DNA of 31,258 bases from Candidatus Poribacteria bacterium (GTDB taxonomy: Bacteria > Poribacteria > WGA-4E > WGA-3G): NCBI GenBank assembly GCA_965205025.1, contig CBDBFU010000022.1:1-31258 (forward strand), in the 5' to 3' direction. The position numbers and the translations under genes were made by a program. Positions within the stretch are counted from its first letter, which is position 1. Each line of letters starts with the position of its first letter. Positions 8,897 through 17,829 of this stretch are shown in pieces. The notes beneath the pieces are model-generated. The model ran no database searches. It was not told the origin of the DNA and saw only the letters and a program-made list of their open reading frames with translations.

Positions 8897-9349
8897 TCAA
8901 ATGAGGAGTGTAACAGTTTTTAATGAAATAAGCGTGGCATCAATTAAGGGAGGAATAGAGGAGAGAGGTTTTGCGGGAATTAATGGAAGGATTCTTTCAG
9001 TAATAGTTGAATCAATTGTATTAACTGTGTATTGTGAAGATAGGTTTGAATAGGAAGAGGTCATGACTGGTTGAGTAATTAGGGATGTGAAAATAGGAAG
9101 ATCAACACATTCACCACAATGTTCTTCCTCAATCTCATTACCTATGGATCCTGATAGAGTTCTATGAACAGAATCATGGGGTGCTATATCTGTGCAGGAT
9201 CCATTAACTGAATATTCAAAACTAACGTGTCCATCATCACCTACACAAAGGACATAACTCGCCAATTGCATAGGAACCACTGCAAAGTAGATAAACAACC
9301 AAATTATTGGTATTAAGACACTCTTTTTTCTATTGAAGAGATTACCCAT
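8897..9349 (-). CDS. small exported His/Cys-rich protein heading the metal-efflux cluster (CzcI/DUF2946-like role)
   Basis: 150 aa; hydrophobic N-terminus, LCVGDDGHV, EEHCGECVD (CxxC), Pro-rich end and hydrophobic TVTLLI C-terminus; first gene of the cluster. Confidence 0.75.
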   Translation of the reverse strand: MGNLFNRKKSVLIPIIWLFIYFAVVPMQLASYVLCVGDDGHVSFEYSVNGSCTDIAPHDSVHRTLSGSIGNEIEEEHCGECVDLPIFTSLITQPVMTSSYSNLSSQYTVNTIDSTITERILPLIPAKPLSSIPPLIDATLISLKTVTLLI

Positions 9350-9548
9350 ACCTATTACACCTAAGAAGAAATAAATGGTAAATACATATCAATCTAAGTA
9401 ACTGACTTTCAATAGTATACTATACTTAGTTTCTTTATTTCAAGTTGAATTACATATCATCATGTTTTAGTTTTTCTTATGTATTATAGATTCTATGAAC
9501 TGCTTACTCCTGTCAAGAGGCCCTATAATAACTCAAGTTGCCAATTAT

Positions 9549-9744
9549 TAACGTGAGTCTTGTATGGTAATATTTGATATTGGTGTGGAGTATAAACAAC
9601 AAATCCGCGTATTGAATTTGTCTGGAACCACACCTTCCGCGGAAAGAGACCGTGCTGAAATGAATCCTCCTTGATGGAATCCACTCCTACCAAGAGGCTA
9701 ATCCCAAATTGACGTTTATGTTGCAGTTAGAAACCGCATCTACC
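9549..9744. repeat. degenerate REP/MITE cluster
   Basis: Family E-like left end TAACGTGAGT at 9549; family D right end AAATTGACGTTTATG (9706-9720) directly followed by a REP hairpin TTGCAGTTAGAAACCGCATCTACC (9721-9744). Confidence 0.6.
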
Positions 9745-9889
9745 TTGGAAATGTCCATGACCAGAATCTAATATAGATGTCCAAATTAAGTACAAGAATG
9801 TCCATTTTACATACAATTTCAATGAATAAAAATATAAACTCTTGATAAAGTAGTATATGCTAAAGTAGTATATGCAAAACAGAATTGTT

Positions 9890-9905
9890 TGGCACTGGAA
9901 TTGCA
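9890..9905 (+). promoter_or_regulatory. sigma-54 (-24/-12) promoter
   Basis: TGGCAC-TGGAA-TTGCA matches the TGGCAC-N5-TTGCW consensus exactly, ~160 nt upstream of the 10067 gene. Confidence 0.7.
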
Positions 9906-9969
9906 TCATGAAACTTTGAAAATAGAAAGATTATAACTCAAAGTATGCGGAACCAAAAACTTAAATCAC

Positions 9970-9998
9970 TTGAAAACCACCTTCAAAAATGGTAAAAT
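9970..9998 (+). promoter_or_regulatory. sigma70-like promoter
   Basis: TTGAAA-N17-TAAAAT with extended -10 TG, ~70 nt upstream of the 10067 gene. Confidence 0.55.
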
Positions 9999-10066
9999 CT
10001 AATCTAAGAAATTTATTTTTTAGCTCTTGATTAAACCTATAGAAATAGTGAAACGAGGAAACAGAA

Positions 10067-11026
10067 GTGATGAAAAAAGCGGTTTTGATGACAGTGCTGT
10101 TCCTGATGTGTGTAGTGACAAGTTACGGTCAATATAATGGTGAATGTTGGGTTGTTAGTAGTGGTGATATAGTCTATAAATTACATGCCAATGGTAATGC
10201 AGATCCAAATGTAATACAAGATTTAACAAATGCAAGTACTGTTGCGGTAAACCCAGTTAATGGTATTGTTTGGATTGCTATTTCTGCGGGGGGTGTATTC
10301 AGATATGATCCTGCTGCTGGCACATTTGATCCAACACCAACCATTAAATCTCCGACAGGAATCTCGATTAATCCAGTGGATGGGACGGTATGGGTTGCTG
10401 GACTTGATGGCGTGAGAAAAATTTCTGCAGATGGGAAGCAAGTTCTGGCACAAGTAATTCCTCCTGATGGACCGGCGAATCTGGACTCAGGTCGTTTTAA
10501 TGTTGTGGTAAATCCGAAAGATGGAAGTGTCTGGATAACTGATGGGAAAGGACCGATTGCTCGGTATGACGAAAATGGATCTTTGCTTGCAACAGCACCC
10601 GAACTGAAAGAACCCAAAGGGGGTTTATCTGTAGACTATCAAGGAAATGTCTGGATAGCTGACACGCAGGACGATACTCTTGTTCGTTATTCACCTAATG
10701 GGGAACAATTAGTTAAGATAGATGACATTAAAAGTCCTGTTTCTCCAAGTGTAAATCCCAAAGATGGAACCGTATGGGTTGCTTCAAATAATTCTACTTT
10801 GATGAACCTATCTGCAACTGGTAACAAAATAACTGAGTTTGAAGTTGGCATGGCTATTGTTGCTGTTACCTATTCACCTGCGGATGGTGGTATCTGGATT
10901 GCAGATATGCTTGGTGAAACTTTTACTGGACAGGTTAGTAAATGGACATCTAAAGGTCAAGTGCTATTCAAGAATGCGATTCCACAACCCTCAACTGTGT
11001 CAATAGGGTTTTGGGAAGGAAATTAA
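10067..11026 (+). CDS. secreted beta-propeller protein (NHL/Vgb-like repeats)
   Basis: Signal peptide, then ~40-aa repeats VNPVNGIVWIA, INPVDGTVWVA, VNPKDGSVWIT, VDYQGNVWIAD, VNPKDGTVWVA, YSPADGGIWIAD; GAGG RBS. Confidence 0.9.
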   Translation: MMKKAVLMTVLFLMCVVTSYGQYNGECWVVSSGDIVYKLHANGNADPNVIQDLTNASTVAVNPVNGIVWIAISAGGVFRYDPAAGTFDPTPTIKSPTGISINPVDGTVWVAGLDGVRKISADGKQVLAQVIPPDGPANLDSGRFNVVVNPKDGSVWITDGKGPIARYDENGSLLATAPELKEPKGGLSVDYQGNVWIADTQDDTLVRYSPNGEQLVKIDDIKSPVSPSVNPKDGTVWVASNNSTLMNLSATGNKITEFEVGMAIVAVTYSPADGGIWIADMLGETFTGQVSKWTSKGQVLFKNAIPQPSTVSIGFWEGN

Positions 11027-11061
11027 CTTAGTATTTATAATCTTAGTTTAGATTGTATTCA

Positions 11062-11160
11062 ACGTGAGTTTGATAAGACACATTGTAACCCGAACTTTTA
11101 GTTAACACCCAGAGTGCACAAACTGGAAAGTTTGTGCTACTTTTATTATCAAACTGACGT
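11062..11160. mobile_element. MITE family E, copy 2
   Basis: TIRs ACGTGAGTTTGATAA / TTATCAAACTGACGT; flanking direct repeat TATTCA (11056-11061, 11161-11166); same interior as 212-352 but shorter at the 3' end. Confidence 0.8.
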
Positions 11161-11235
11161 TATTCAGGTAAGTAGATATACCAATTGAATTCGGGTGTAA
11201 ATTGCTGTTTAACTAATGTAGTTGGGAGATGTGTT

Positions 11236-13626
11236 ATGAAAAAACTTGCTGGAATGACAAGTGTACTTCTGTTTTTTTCAGTTTACATTGTATCTGTTTC
11301 CGCGCAACTCCCAGATTTTGAGATAACACCAAAAAGTATTACTTTTTCTAACCCTAATCCCGTAGAAGGTGAAGAAATAATAATTTGGGTGGAAGTAAAG
11401 AATGTTGGAACAGCAATCCCAACTATGAACGAGGACTTAGTCGTTGATCTATATGAAGGACACCCAGATACAAATCCTCTCCAGATTGTATGTAAAGATG
11501 TCATTTTAGAATTGAAAGTTGGTAAAGCAAAAAGTATTGCTGCTAAATGGCAGCCACCTGTTGGTGAAACCAAGATCTACGCAGTCGTTAATCCATCGGG
11601 TGAAAAACATATTGAAGAAAAAAGCATACTTAATAACACAGCATATACTACTATTAGTGCATCTACGAAGACATTTCCGAATGTAACACCCGAACAAATT
11701 CAGACTTCTATTGATAAAGGTGTGGCTTGGATTGAATCACGTCAAGGTAAGAACAGTCGTACCTGTCTGCAGTGCGGTGCTGAGAATCAGATAATATTAG
11801 CTTGTTATAATTGCGGGGCAAGTCTGAAAGGGTTACCGGAGAATTTTACACCAGGTCCTGAATGGAATTTCGGTGAAGACCGTATCCAGGAAACTTCATT
11901 AGCACTACAGACATTATTCGCAGCAGGTAAGACAACGTCAGATAAATCTATACAGCAAGGGCTTGATTTTCTTCTTGCAGAAAATTGGAATGAGTTGGCA
12001 GTATATCAGTATGCAGTCCTGATTCCAGTATTGGTTGCAACGCAGAATCCTGAATATAGAGAACGTGCACAATTTGCGGTAAATCAGTTAGTGGAAAAAC
12101 AACTTCCTGTTGAAGGAAGTGAGTTTGCTGATCCAAGGGATGATGGTGGCTGGGGATACGGCTATACAGCTGATGGTGCGCACATGAATATGGTGATTTA
12201 TGCCCTATACGCTGCCAAACAGTGGAACCTTAACATACCGCCCCAGACATGGGTACGTGCAGAAAGATGGATTAGAGGAAATCAGACCGACACCGGAGGT
12301 TGGCTTTACAATTTGGTGGACGATGGTTCACCTTGGGCAATTGGGGTTTACGGCAGTATGACTGCTACCGGATTATGGGCTCTCCGGGCATGTGGTGTAT
12401 CTGTAGAAGACACAAAAATCCAGAAAGGTATAGAATGGATTAGAAAACATTGGACTCTGACCCGTAATCCTGGATCTAATTCTTGGCTTTATTATTATTT
12501 ACTCTCCCTACAACGTTTTAGCGAAATCCCGCCTAAGTTAAAGACAATAGCTGGTTATGATTGGTACAATGAAATCTCTGCAATGATGGTATCTGAACAA
12601 CAGTCAGACGGTAGATGGCATGGATCTGAAAGTGATTTTTTAGCTACTTGTTTCGCTGTAATGACATTAAGTCGTGCATTGGTAGGACCTACAGAAGCAA
12701 ATATCGGTGTTGTACCCAATAGTCTCCGGTTTTCACCTCCGTCCCCAAGGGTAGGAGAAGCTGTAAAACTCAGTGCTACACTCAGAAATAGTGGCACATC
12801 ACTTGAAGAAACTTTTAATGTTAAGTTTTTTGTTGATGGAATTGAAGTCAAATCCACAGAAGTACTATGGACATCGACTCTTGATGAAACGGTCGTAACA
12901 GTTGATTGGGCACCCAAGAAAGAAGGTGAGAATCTAATTAGTATAGCTGTAGACTTGGAAGATTTAGATATCTCCGACAATACTGCCTCCGCACCAGTTG
13001 AAGTTTTTCCAAAATCTACTTCTGCTACGGACTTGCAACTTGTTGAACCCAAAAAAATCGGTGATGGTGTATTTCAAATGGGAACGATTGTTTTTGATAC
13101 AAAGAACAAGGAAATTACATTACCAGGTGAAATTAACATTACAAGTGGTGACACAATTATTGAATTCTTTGGTTGCGGTCTACTTGGTAATACTCATGAA
13201 AGCATCCTCATCCTTGATGCTGAACCAATTTATTTATTTATCGCTTTAGGCCTGTTAGACCTTGAACCCGGACATAATCTAAATGTTCAAGGAGATCCCC
13301 ACGATCCTAAAGGATCTCAAGTACAAATATGGGTTGAATGGGAACATGAAAATAAGGTGCTTACTCATACTGCCCGAGAATTGGTATGGAACACATTTGC
13401 AGGACACCCGATGGAGAAAACACATTGGGTTTTCACAGGTAGTCGTATTAAAAATAATCAACTCACATCACAACTCTACCATAACCTAATAGCTGTATAT
13501 CGTGATCCGGATTCTCTTATCAATAATCCTTTACCAGGAGGGACTGATGATCGTACCTATCGTGTCAATACGGATCTAATACCACCGAAAGGAACGAAAG
13601 TTAAATTGATAATTCGTCCCATTTAA
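11236..13626 (+). CDS. secreted CARDB + prenyltransferase/squalene-cyclase-repeat + CARDB + YdjY-like multidomain protein
   Basis: Start moved to ATG 11236 (GGGAG RBS, MKK signal peptide). CARDB-like PDFEITPKSITFSNPNPVEGE...NN; QW-like motifs DDGGWGY, NQTDTGGWLY, QQSDGRW; second Ig-like domain; C-terminal KEITLPGEIN...THESIL...DAEP resembling YdjY. Confidence 0.85.
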   Translation: MKKLAGMTSVLLFFSVYIVSVSAQLPDFEITPKSITFSNPNPVEGEEIIIWVEVKNVGTAIPTMNEDLVVDLYEGHPDTNPLQIVCKDVILELKVGKAKSIAAKWQPPVGETKIYAVVNPSGEKHIEEKSILNNTAYTTISASTKTFPNVTPEQIQTSIDKGVAWIESRQGKNSRTCLQCGAENQIILACYNCGASLKGLPENFTPGPEWNFGEDRIQETSLALQTLFAAGKTTSDKSIQQGLDFLLAENWNELAVYQYAVLIPVLVATQNPEYRERAQFAVNQLVEKQLPVEGSEFADPRDDGGWGYGYTADGAHMNMVIYALYAAKQWNLNIPPQTWVRAERWIRGNQTDTGGWLYNLVDDGSPWAIGVYGSMTATGLWALRACGVSVEDTKIQKGIEWIRKHWTLTRNPGSNSWLYYYLLSLQRFSEIPPKLKTIAGYDWYNEISAMMVSEQQSDGRWHGSESDFLATCFAVMTLSRALVGPTEANIGVVPNSLRFSPPSPRVGEAVKLSATLRNSGTSLEETFNVKFFVDGIEVKSTEVLWTSTLDETVVTVDWAPKKEGENLISIAVDLEDLDISDNTASAPVEVFPKSTSATDLQLVEPKKIGDGVFQMGTIVFDTKNKEITLPGEINITSGDTIIEFFGCGLLGNTHESILILDAEPIYLFIALGLLDLEPGHNLNVQGDPHDPKGSQVQIWVEWEHENKVLTHTARELVWNTFAGHPMEKTHWVFTGSRIKNNQLTSQLYHNLIAVYRDPDSLINNPLPGGTDDRTYRVNTDLIPPKGTKVKLIIRPI

Positions 13627-13658
13627 TATCATTTCATAGTTCACTAGGTATTACAATA

Positions 13659-13879
13659 ATGACTTGTGCCAGTTAATCTTTTGTTCTTTTTGTTTTCACG
13701 AACAATTTTATATTATAGACATTCCGTCCCTACGGGACTCAGTTAGGTTTTTCATAGATTTTCTATAGACATTCCGTCCCTACGGGACTCAAGAATGTCA
13801 CAAACAACAACAGAATATATTGACAATATCCTGTTATTGTGAAATAGTGTATTACAAATAGTCATTTAGCACAAGTTGT
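13659..13879. mobile_element. MITE family F carrying two 28-nt palindromic repeats
   Basis: Imperfect TIRs ATGACTTGTGC / GCACAAGTTGT; 7-bp direct repeat TACAATA (13652-13658, 13880-13886); TATAGACATTCCGTCCCTACGGGACTCA at 13714-13741 and 13764-13791, third copy at 23654-23681. Confidence 0.7.
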
Positions 13880-13977
13880 TACAATAACCTAATAGAGAAG
13901 ATTAACAGACACTTATCTAATACCATTTCTATAATTGTTTATTCAATGAGTAGTTGTAATGCATGTCTTGAAATACC

Positions 13978-14001
13978 GCACAAACTGGAAGTTTATGCTA
14001 C
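13978..14001 (-). repeat. GTAG-tagged REP-like hairpin
   Basis: GCACAAACTGGAAGTTTATGCTAC; relatives at 265-289, 11116-11140 and 16524-16546. Confidence 0.7.
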
Positions 14002-14087
14002 ATTAAAGAGACTTTAATTATCAGAATGGTATGAGTTTTAGAATAAACAAGCAATATTATAGAGGATTAATTTTTAAGGAGGAGAAA

Positions 14088-14270
14088 GTGCCAATTTTTG
14101 AATATCGTTGTACCTCTTGTGAAAATAATTTTGAAGTTTTACAACGAACCAATAGTGAGAAGAAAGTTGTAGCATGTCCTAAATGCGGAACACTTGAAAC
14201 GAAGAAACGGTTATCAAGTTTTTCTACATCTGGTAGTCAGAGTGATTTACCTCAAGATACCGGAACCTGA
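14088..14270 (+). CDS. FmdB-family zinc-ribbon protein (may extend to 14303 by UGA recoding)
   Basis: GTG start after AAGGAGG; MPIFEYRCTSC...CPKCG...KRLSSF is the typical FmdB/CxxC_CxxC_SSSS pattern. Confidence 0.9.
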   Translation: MPIFEYRCTSCENNFEVLQRTNSEKKVVACPKCGTLETKKRLSSFSTSGSQSDLPQDTGT

Positions 14271-14299
14271 GCCATACCTAACGACGACAGTTTGTCCTT

Positions 14300-15706
14300 A
14301 TGAAACAAAAACCTGAAACTAAACCAGTTAATATACTGCGTGAGATTGAAGAGAATAAAATTGCACCTGTTTATCTACTGTGTGGTAATGAGACATTCCT
14401 TATTGAAGGAACACTCAAACAGATGTTGGATAAACTACTCCCCTCCGAATCACGCGATTTCAATTTATCTATCTTAGATGGAAATATTGTCTCTGTTAGA
14501 GAAATATTGAGTCATGTAGATTTGTATCCACTAATGTCAGATTGGCGTGTAGTAGTTGTTGAGAATTTTCCTGCTTTTAAATCACAGAACAGGTCCTCTT
14601 CCCCTCTAACACTGATTCGCAATGCTATGCAGCATGAAACAGATAATATTCAACGATGCGTGCTGGATATAGCAAAATTACTTGGTATCACATCCCAACA
14701 GATAGCGGATAATCACCCAGCATATAGTAGTGCTATAGAAGAAATTACTCAGAAACTGGGGGGTGTTTTGTCAGAGGATGTGCGTACATTTTTTGAGCGA
14801 TTGCCTAACCTATCCTCACAAATTGAAACACATACGGACAATGACAGTGAAGACAATAATACTGACCTAATGATGGAATGGCTTGAAGGGGAACTACCCA
14901 AATCAAGTATCCTAATATTTGTGGTAAAGGGTGAAGTAAGTAATAAGAATCGTTTTGCTAACGCAATTGAGGCGGTAGGGAGATATGTCTCTTTTGATGT
15001 AATTGAGAAAGGCAACTCATTTAACAAAGATCCGCTCTACAAAAAGGTTGTAGAGAAATTGGCTTCATTTGATAAGAAAATTACCCCAAGAGCATTTGAC
15101 CAACTTCGTAAACGTACGGGTGGTGATATGCAATTGGTCTCCGAAGCAATTAACAAGATCATTGATTTCGTTGGAGATAAGGATCAAATAGATGAACTTG
15201 ATATACGAAATGTAGTTTCACAGACCCACTATGATGGAATATTTGATATCACAGATGCTATAAGCAGAAGATCTACAAAACAAGCAATAAAAAGTCTCCG
15301 AGAAGTGATTTCAAGTGGTATGGACCCTATACCTATTACTGCAGCAATAGCGAATCACATACGGTTTTGCGTCCAAGCAAAGTTAATAATCTTAAAAAAG
15401 GGAATGAAACCGATTGGACGGCAAATGCGATATCCAGATTTTACTTCAAAAATTTTTCAACCACTTGTAGAAGAGTTCGGAGATCTTCTACCTACCTCAC
15501 AATCATCCAATATATTAAAACGAAGTCCCTATATCATTTATAAGATATTTCAATCTATCAATTCCTTCACTACTCATGAATTGATAGATGCTCTGGATAA
15601 AGTGTTAGAGGTAGAAATTCAACTAAAAACAACACCGTTTAATGGAGAAATATTGCTTGAACAATTAGTAGTTGAAATATGTAGAAGTTCAAAAAAGAAA
15701 AGATGA
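14300..15706 (+). CDS. holA: DNA polymerase III delta subunit with insertions
   Basis: PVYLLCGNETFLI, DFNLSILDG, PLMSDWRVVVV, GGDMQLVSEAINKI, IFDITDAI, C-terminal EIQLKT...LLEQLV; 468 aa. Confidence 0.88.
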   Translation: MKQKPETKPVNILREIEENKIAPVYLLCGNETFLIEGTLKQMLDKLLPSESRDFNLSILDGNIVSVREILSHVDLYPLMSDWRVVVVENFPAFKSQNRSSSPLTLIRNAMQHETDNIQRCVLDIAKLLGITSQQIADNHPAYSSAIEEITQKLGGVLSEDVRTFFERLPNLSSQIETHTDNDSEDNNTDLMMEWLEGELPKSSILIFVVKGEVSNKNRFANAIEAVGRYVSFDVIEKGNSFNKDPLYKKVVEKLASFDKKITPRAFDQLRKRTGGDMQLVSEAINKIIDFVGDKDQIDELDIRNVVSQTHYDGIFDITDAISRRSTKQAIKSLREVISSGMDPIPITAAIANHIRFCVQAKLIILKKGMKPIGRQMRYPDFTSKIFQPLVEEFGDLLPTSQSSNILKRSPYIIYKIFQSINSFTTHELIDALDKVLEVEIQLKTTPFNGEILLEQLVVEICRSSKKKR

Positions 15707-15727
15707 ATACTTTAGTAAATTATAGTT

Positions 15728-16456
15728 TCAATGTGTAAGTGAATAGATGACAGCATTGATACCTATTTTTAATGCAATATTAGAATATTTCATTGGATAA
15801 TAGTCCTCAGCTGCATGTTCCCATGCATCCCCAAGGTCAGAATTAAAACAGATTAACATCATTAATCTATCCTTATCATCGTACACTCCTAAGTATCGGG
15901 CTGGATGACCATCTGTCCGTTCATAAGTTCTACCACTAAACAGAGCACGTAGTCCCGGAATCTGTATCAGTTCCTCAATATTAAAGAAGCATCGAAAAAT
16001 CGGATGTGTTACAGGTATATCCACGGGTTCGCGTTCAGGAAAAATCTTTTTGAATTCAGTATAGAACCATTTCCATTCCATTCCACCATGGAAGTCATCA
16101 ATAAAGATAAATCCCCCACGTAAGAGATATTCGCGTAGGTTTGATGCATCAGACCTACTAAGTCGCATACTCCCAACTTCTAACATATATGCGAACGGAT
16201 ATTCAAACAGTTTATCAGACCAAACAGGAATCTTAATACCATCCGGGGCAACATTCAAGTTAGTTTGTTTGCTCAATTGATAGATAAAATTACGATCTGA
16301 CGCTGGAAAATCCACTTCCCAATTACTCAGTTGAGTGAGTTTACCTCTATATTGTAAACGGACGAATGTAAAATCATACTTCCGATTCGCAAAAGAATTA
16401 TTTATAATCAGTAAGAAGAGAGAGATTATGAGAGTTATCTGTGATAATTTACGCAT
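15728..16456 (-). CDS. DUF4159 domain protein with signal peptide
   Basis: FTFVRLQY, DFPASDRN, LFEYPFAYM, LREYLLRGGFIFIDDF, HPIF, DLGDAWE, GINAVIYSLTH. Confidence 0.88.
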   Translation of the reverse strand: MRKLSQITLIISLFLLIINNSFANRKYDFTFVRLQYRGKLTQLSNWEVDFPASDRNFIYQLSKQTNLNVAPDGIKIPVWSDKLFEYPFAYMLEVGSMRLSRSDASNLREYLLRGGFIFIDDFHGGMEWKWFYTEFKKIFPEREPVDIPVTHPIFRCFFNIEELIQIPGLRALFSGRTYERTDGHPARYLGVYDDKDRLMMLICFNSDLGDAWEHAAEDYYPMKYSNIALKIGINAVIYSLTH

Positions 16457-16614
16457 CTTAAACTTATACTATTTCTATAAATTATTGTCTCATTAGTCAG
16501 TTATTATGGTAGTCATTTTAGGTCACAAACTGAAAGTTTGTGGTACAAAAAAGAGACATTTTCAATTAGAAATGGTATTATAACATAGGTTATATTAAAT
16601 CCAACTTGTCAGTT

Positions 16615-17709
16615 TTAATTCAATCGGTTTCGGAGTAGTCTAATTGTATGAGGAGTTTCGGTTTTTTCAGGATGAAATATTGCTTCAGGAGGAACAATTT
16701 GTCTTGGACGATCAGGTGGTGTATAGTACCATTGAAGTGCAATCTGATATCGTGGTCCTTGGAAATAGTGTATTTCAATGGGATGAAAACCCGCTGCGAG
16801 CTTAATACTAAAACGACGGTTCCGTGGATCATGTATACCATCATTATCAACAACTAATCTTCCATCAATAAATAACTTAGCTCCATCATCAGAGTATAAT
16901 TCAAATGTATAAACTCCTGGTGTATGTAAAGCTAATTTAGCTTTAAAAAGGATTGCGAAATTCTCAACGATCTTCTGTTTTTTCGGTGTAGGAAATCCAG
17001 TAGTAAAATCTCTTGGAGAAACATCAATTTTTGCTGTTGCAAAGGTATAAATAGGTGTAAGTTCTTCGAAATTTGGCATCTGATATAACGGATAATTGGG
17101 AACATATAGTTGACCTATTAATCCGTGCCCAGGCATTACATCTGTATCAAACAATCCAGTGTCGAACATGGCATTATCTATTTGAATTGATTCAAGATCG
17201 TCAATATTAGAAAGGTTTGATAATTCCTTTTTGATGTTGCTTTCTTTTTTATAAGCAGTTCCACTACGACCAGGTCCTCGGTGAGATCGACCATATCTCC
17301 GAATTTTGGGACCTTCCAGCGTTCCAGCTGAATTACTGTCTGTTCCTAAACTTACATTAGATAGTGGTGATGTGTCTGTTTGAGATAAATTCGTATTTGT
17401 TATGAATTCTGGTAGGAATTCGTCAGAAATAGGGGCTTTAGGGGTAAGCAAGTCAGGAGCATACTTAGGTGCAGCACTTGCAACTACTGTAGAACTGTTA
17501 TCTGTATTTTGTATGGCGTTTATAGGTTTATGCTCTCGAATCATCCGCCGTTTAATTCGTTTAATATTACCAGTCCTGTAAATAATTAGTGATAGATCAT
17601 CATTGGTAGTATTAAACTGTTGCACAAGAAATGGAGAAAGAATTAACATCAATATAAAGTGGATTCCTAAAGAGAGAATAAGTGATATATTTTCTTTTCT
17701 TATTTTCAT
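16615..17709 (-). CDS. membrane-anchored PA14-domain protein
   Basis: N-terminal TM (SLGIHFILMLIL), low-complexity linker, PA14 motifs GLIGQLY, ENFAILF, GVYTFELYSDDGAKLFIDGRLVVDNDGIH, GFHPIEIHYFQG. Start is 17709 or 17721. Confidence 0.88.
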   Translation of the reverse strand: MKIRKENISLILSLGIHFILMLILSPFLVQQFNTTNDDLSLIIYRTGNIKRIKRRMIREHKPINAIQNTDNSSTVVASAAPKYAPDLLTPKAPISDEFLPEFITNTNLSQTDTSPLSNVSLGTDSNSAGTLEGPKIRRYGRSHRGPGRSGTAYKKESNIKKELSNLSNIDDLESIQIDNAMFDTGLFDTDVMPGHGLIGQLYVPNYPLYQMPNFEELTPIYTFATAKIDVSPRDFTTGFPTPKKQKIVENFAILFKAKLALHTPGVYTFELYSDDGAKLFIDGRLVVDNDGIHDPRNRRFSIKLAAGFHPIEIHYFQGPRYQIALQWYYTPPDRPRQIVPPEAIFHPEKTETPHTIRLLRNRLN

Positions 17710-17799
17710 GGAACAATCCATCTTATTTCAAGAGGATGAGTGATACTACACGTATCTTTGATATTTAATGGAGATTTCATTGTTACTGTGGTATTACTT

Positions 17800-17829
17800 A
17801 TATTAGCAGATATATTTGGAAAATGTCAA
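17800..17829 (-). promoter_or_regulatory. sigma70-like promoter for the PA14 gene
   Basis: Minus strand TTGACA-N18-TAATAT with extended -10 TG. Confidence 0.5.

Noticed and set aside
9576-9700. GC-richer structured patch upstream of the metal cluster as a riboswitch
   Set aside because: I could not recognise cobalamin, NiCo or yybP core motifs, and the ends look like degenerate GTAG-type repeats. An Rfam scan would settle it.
9727-9909. 60-aa minus-strand ORF
   Set aside because: Low-complexity translation of AT-rich promoter DNA and the 15-bp duplication; overlaps the sigma-54 motif.
11700-12690. Squalene-hopene cyclase
   Set aside because: Single barrel, signal peptide and no DXDD motif; only the repeat family is supported.
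13655-13671. Minus-strand TGGCAC as a third sigma-54 site
   Set aside because: No TTGC at the -12 position; it is part of the MITE F terminus.
13714-13791. Two identical 28-nt palindromic repeats 22 nt apart, resembling a mini-CRISPR
   Set aside because: Only two units with a short spacer, no cas genes, an isolated third copy at 23654, and enclosure by TIRs and a TSD: a dispersed repeat.
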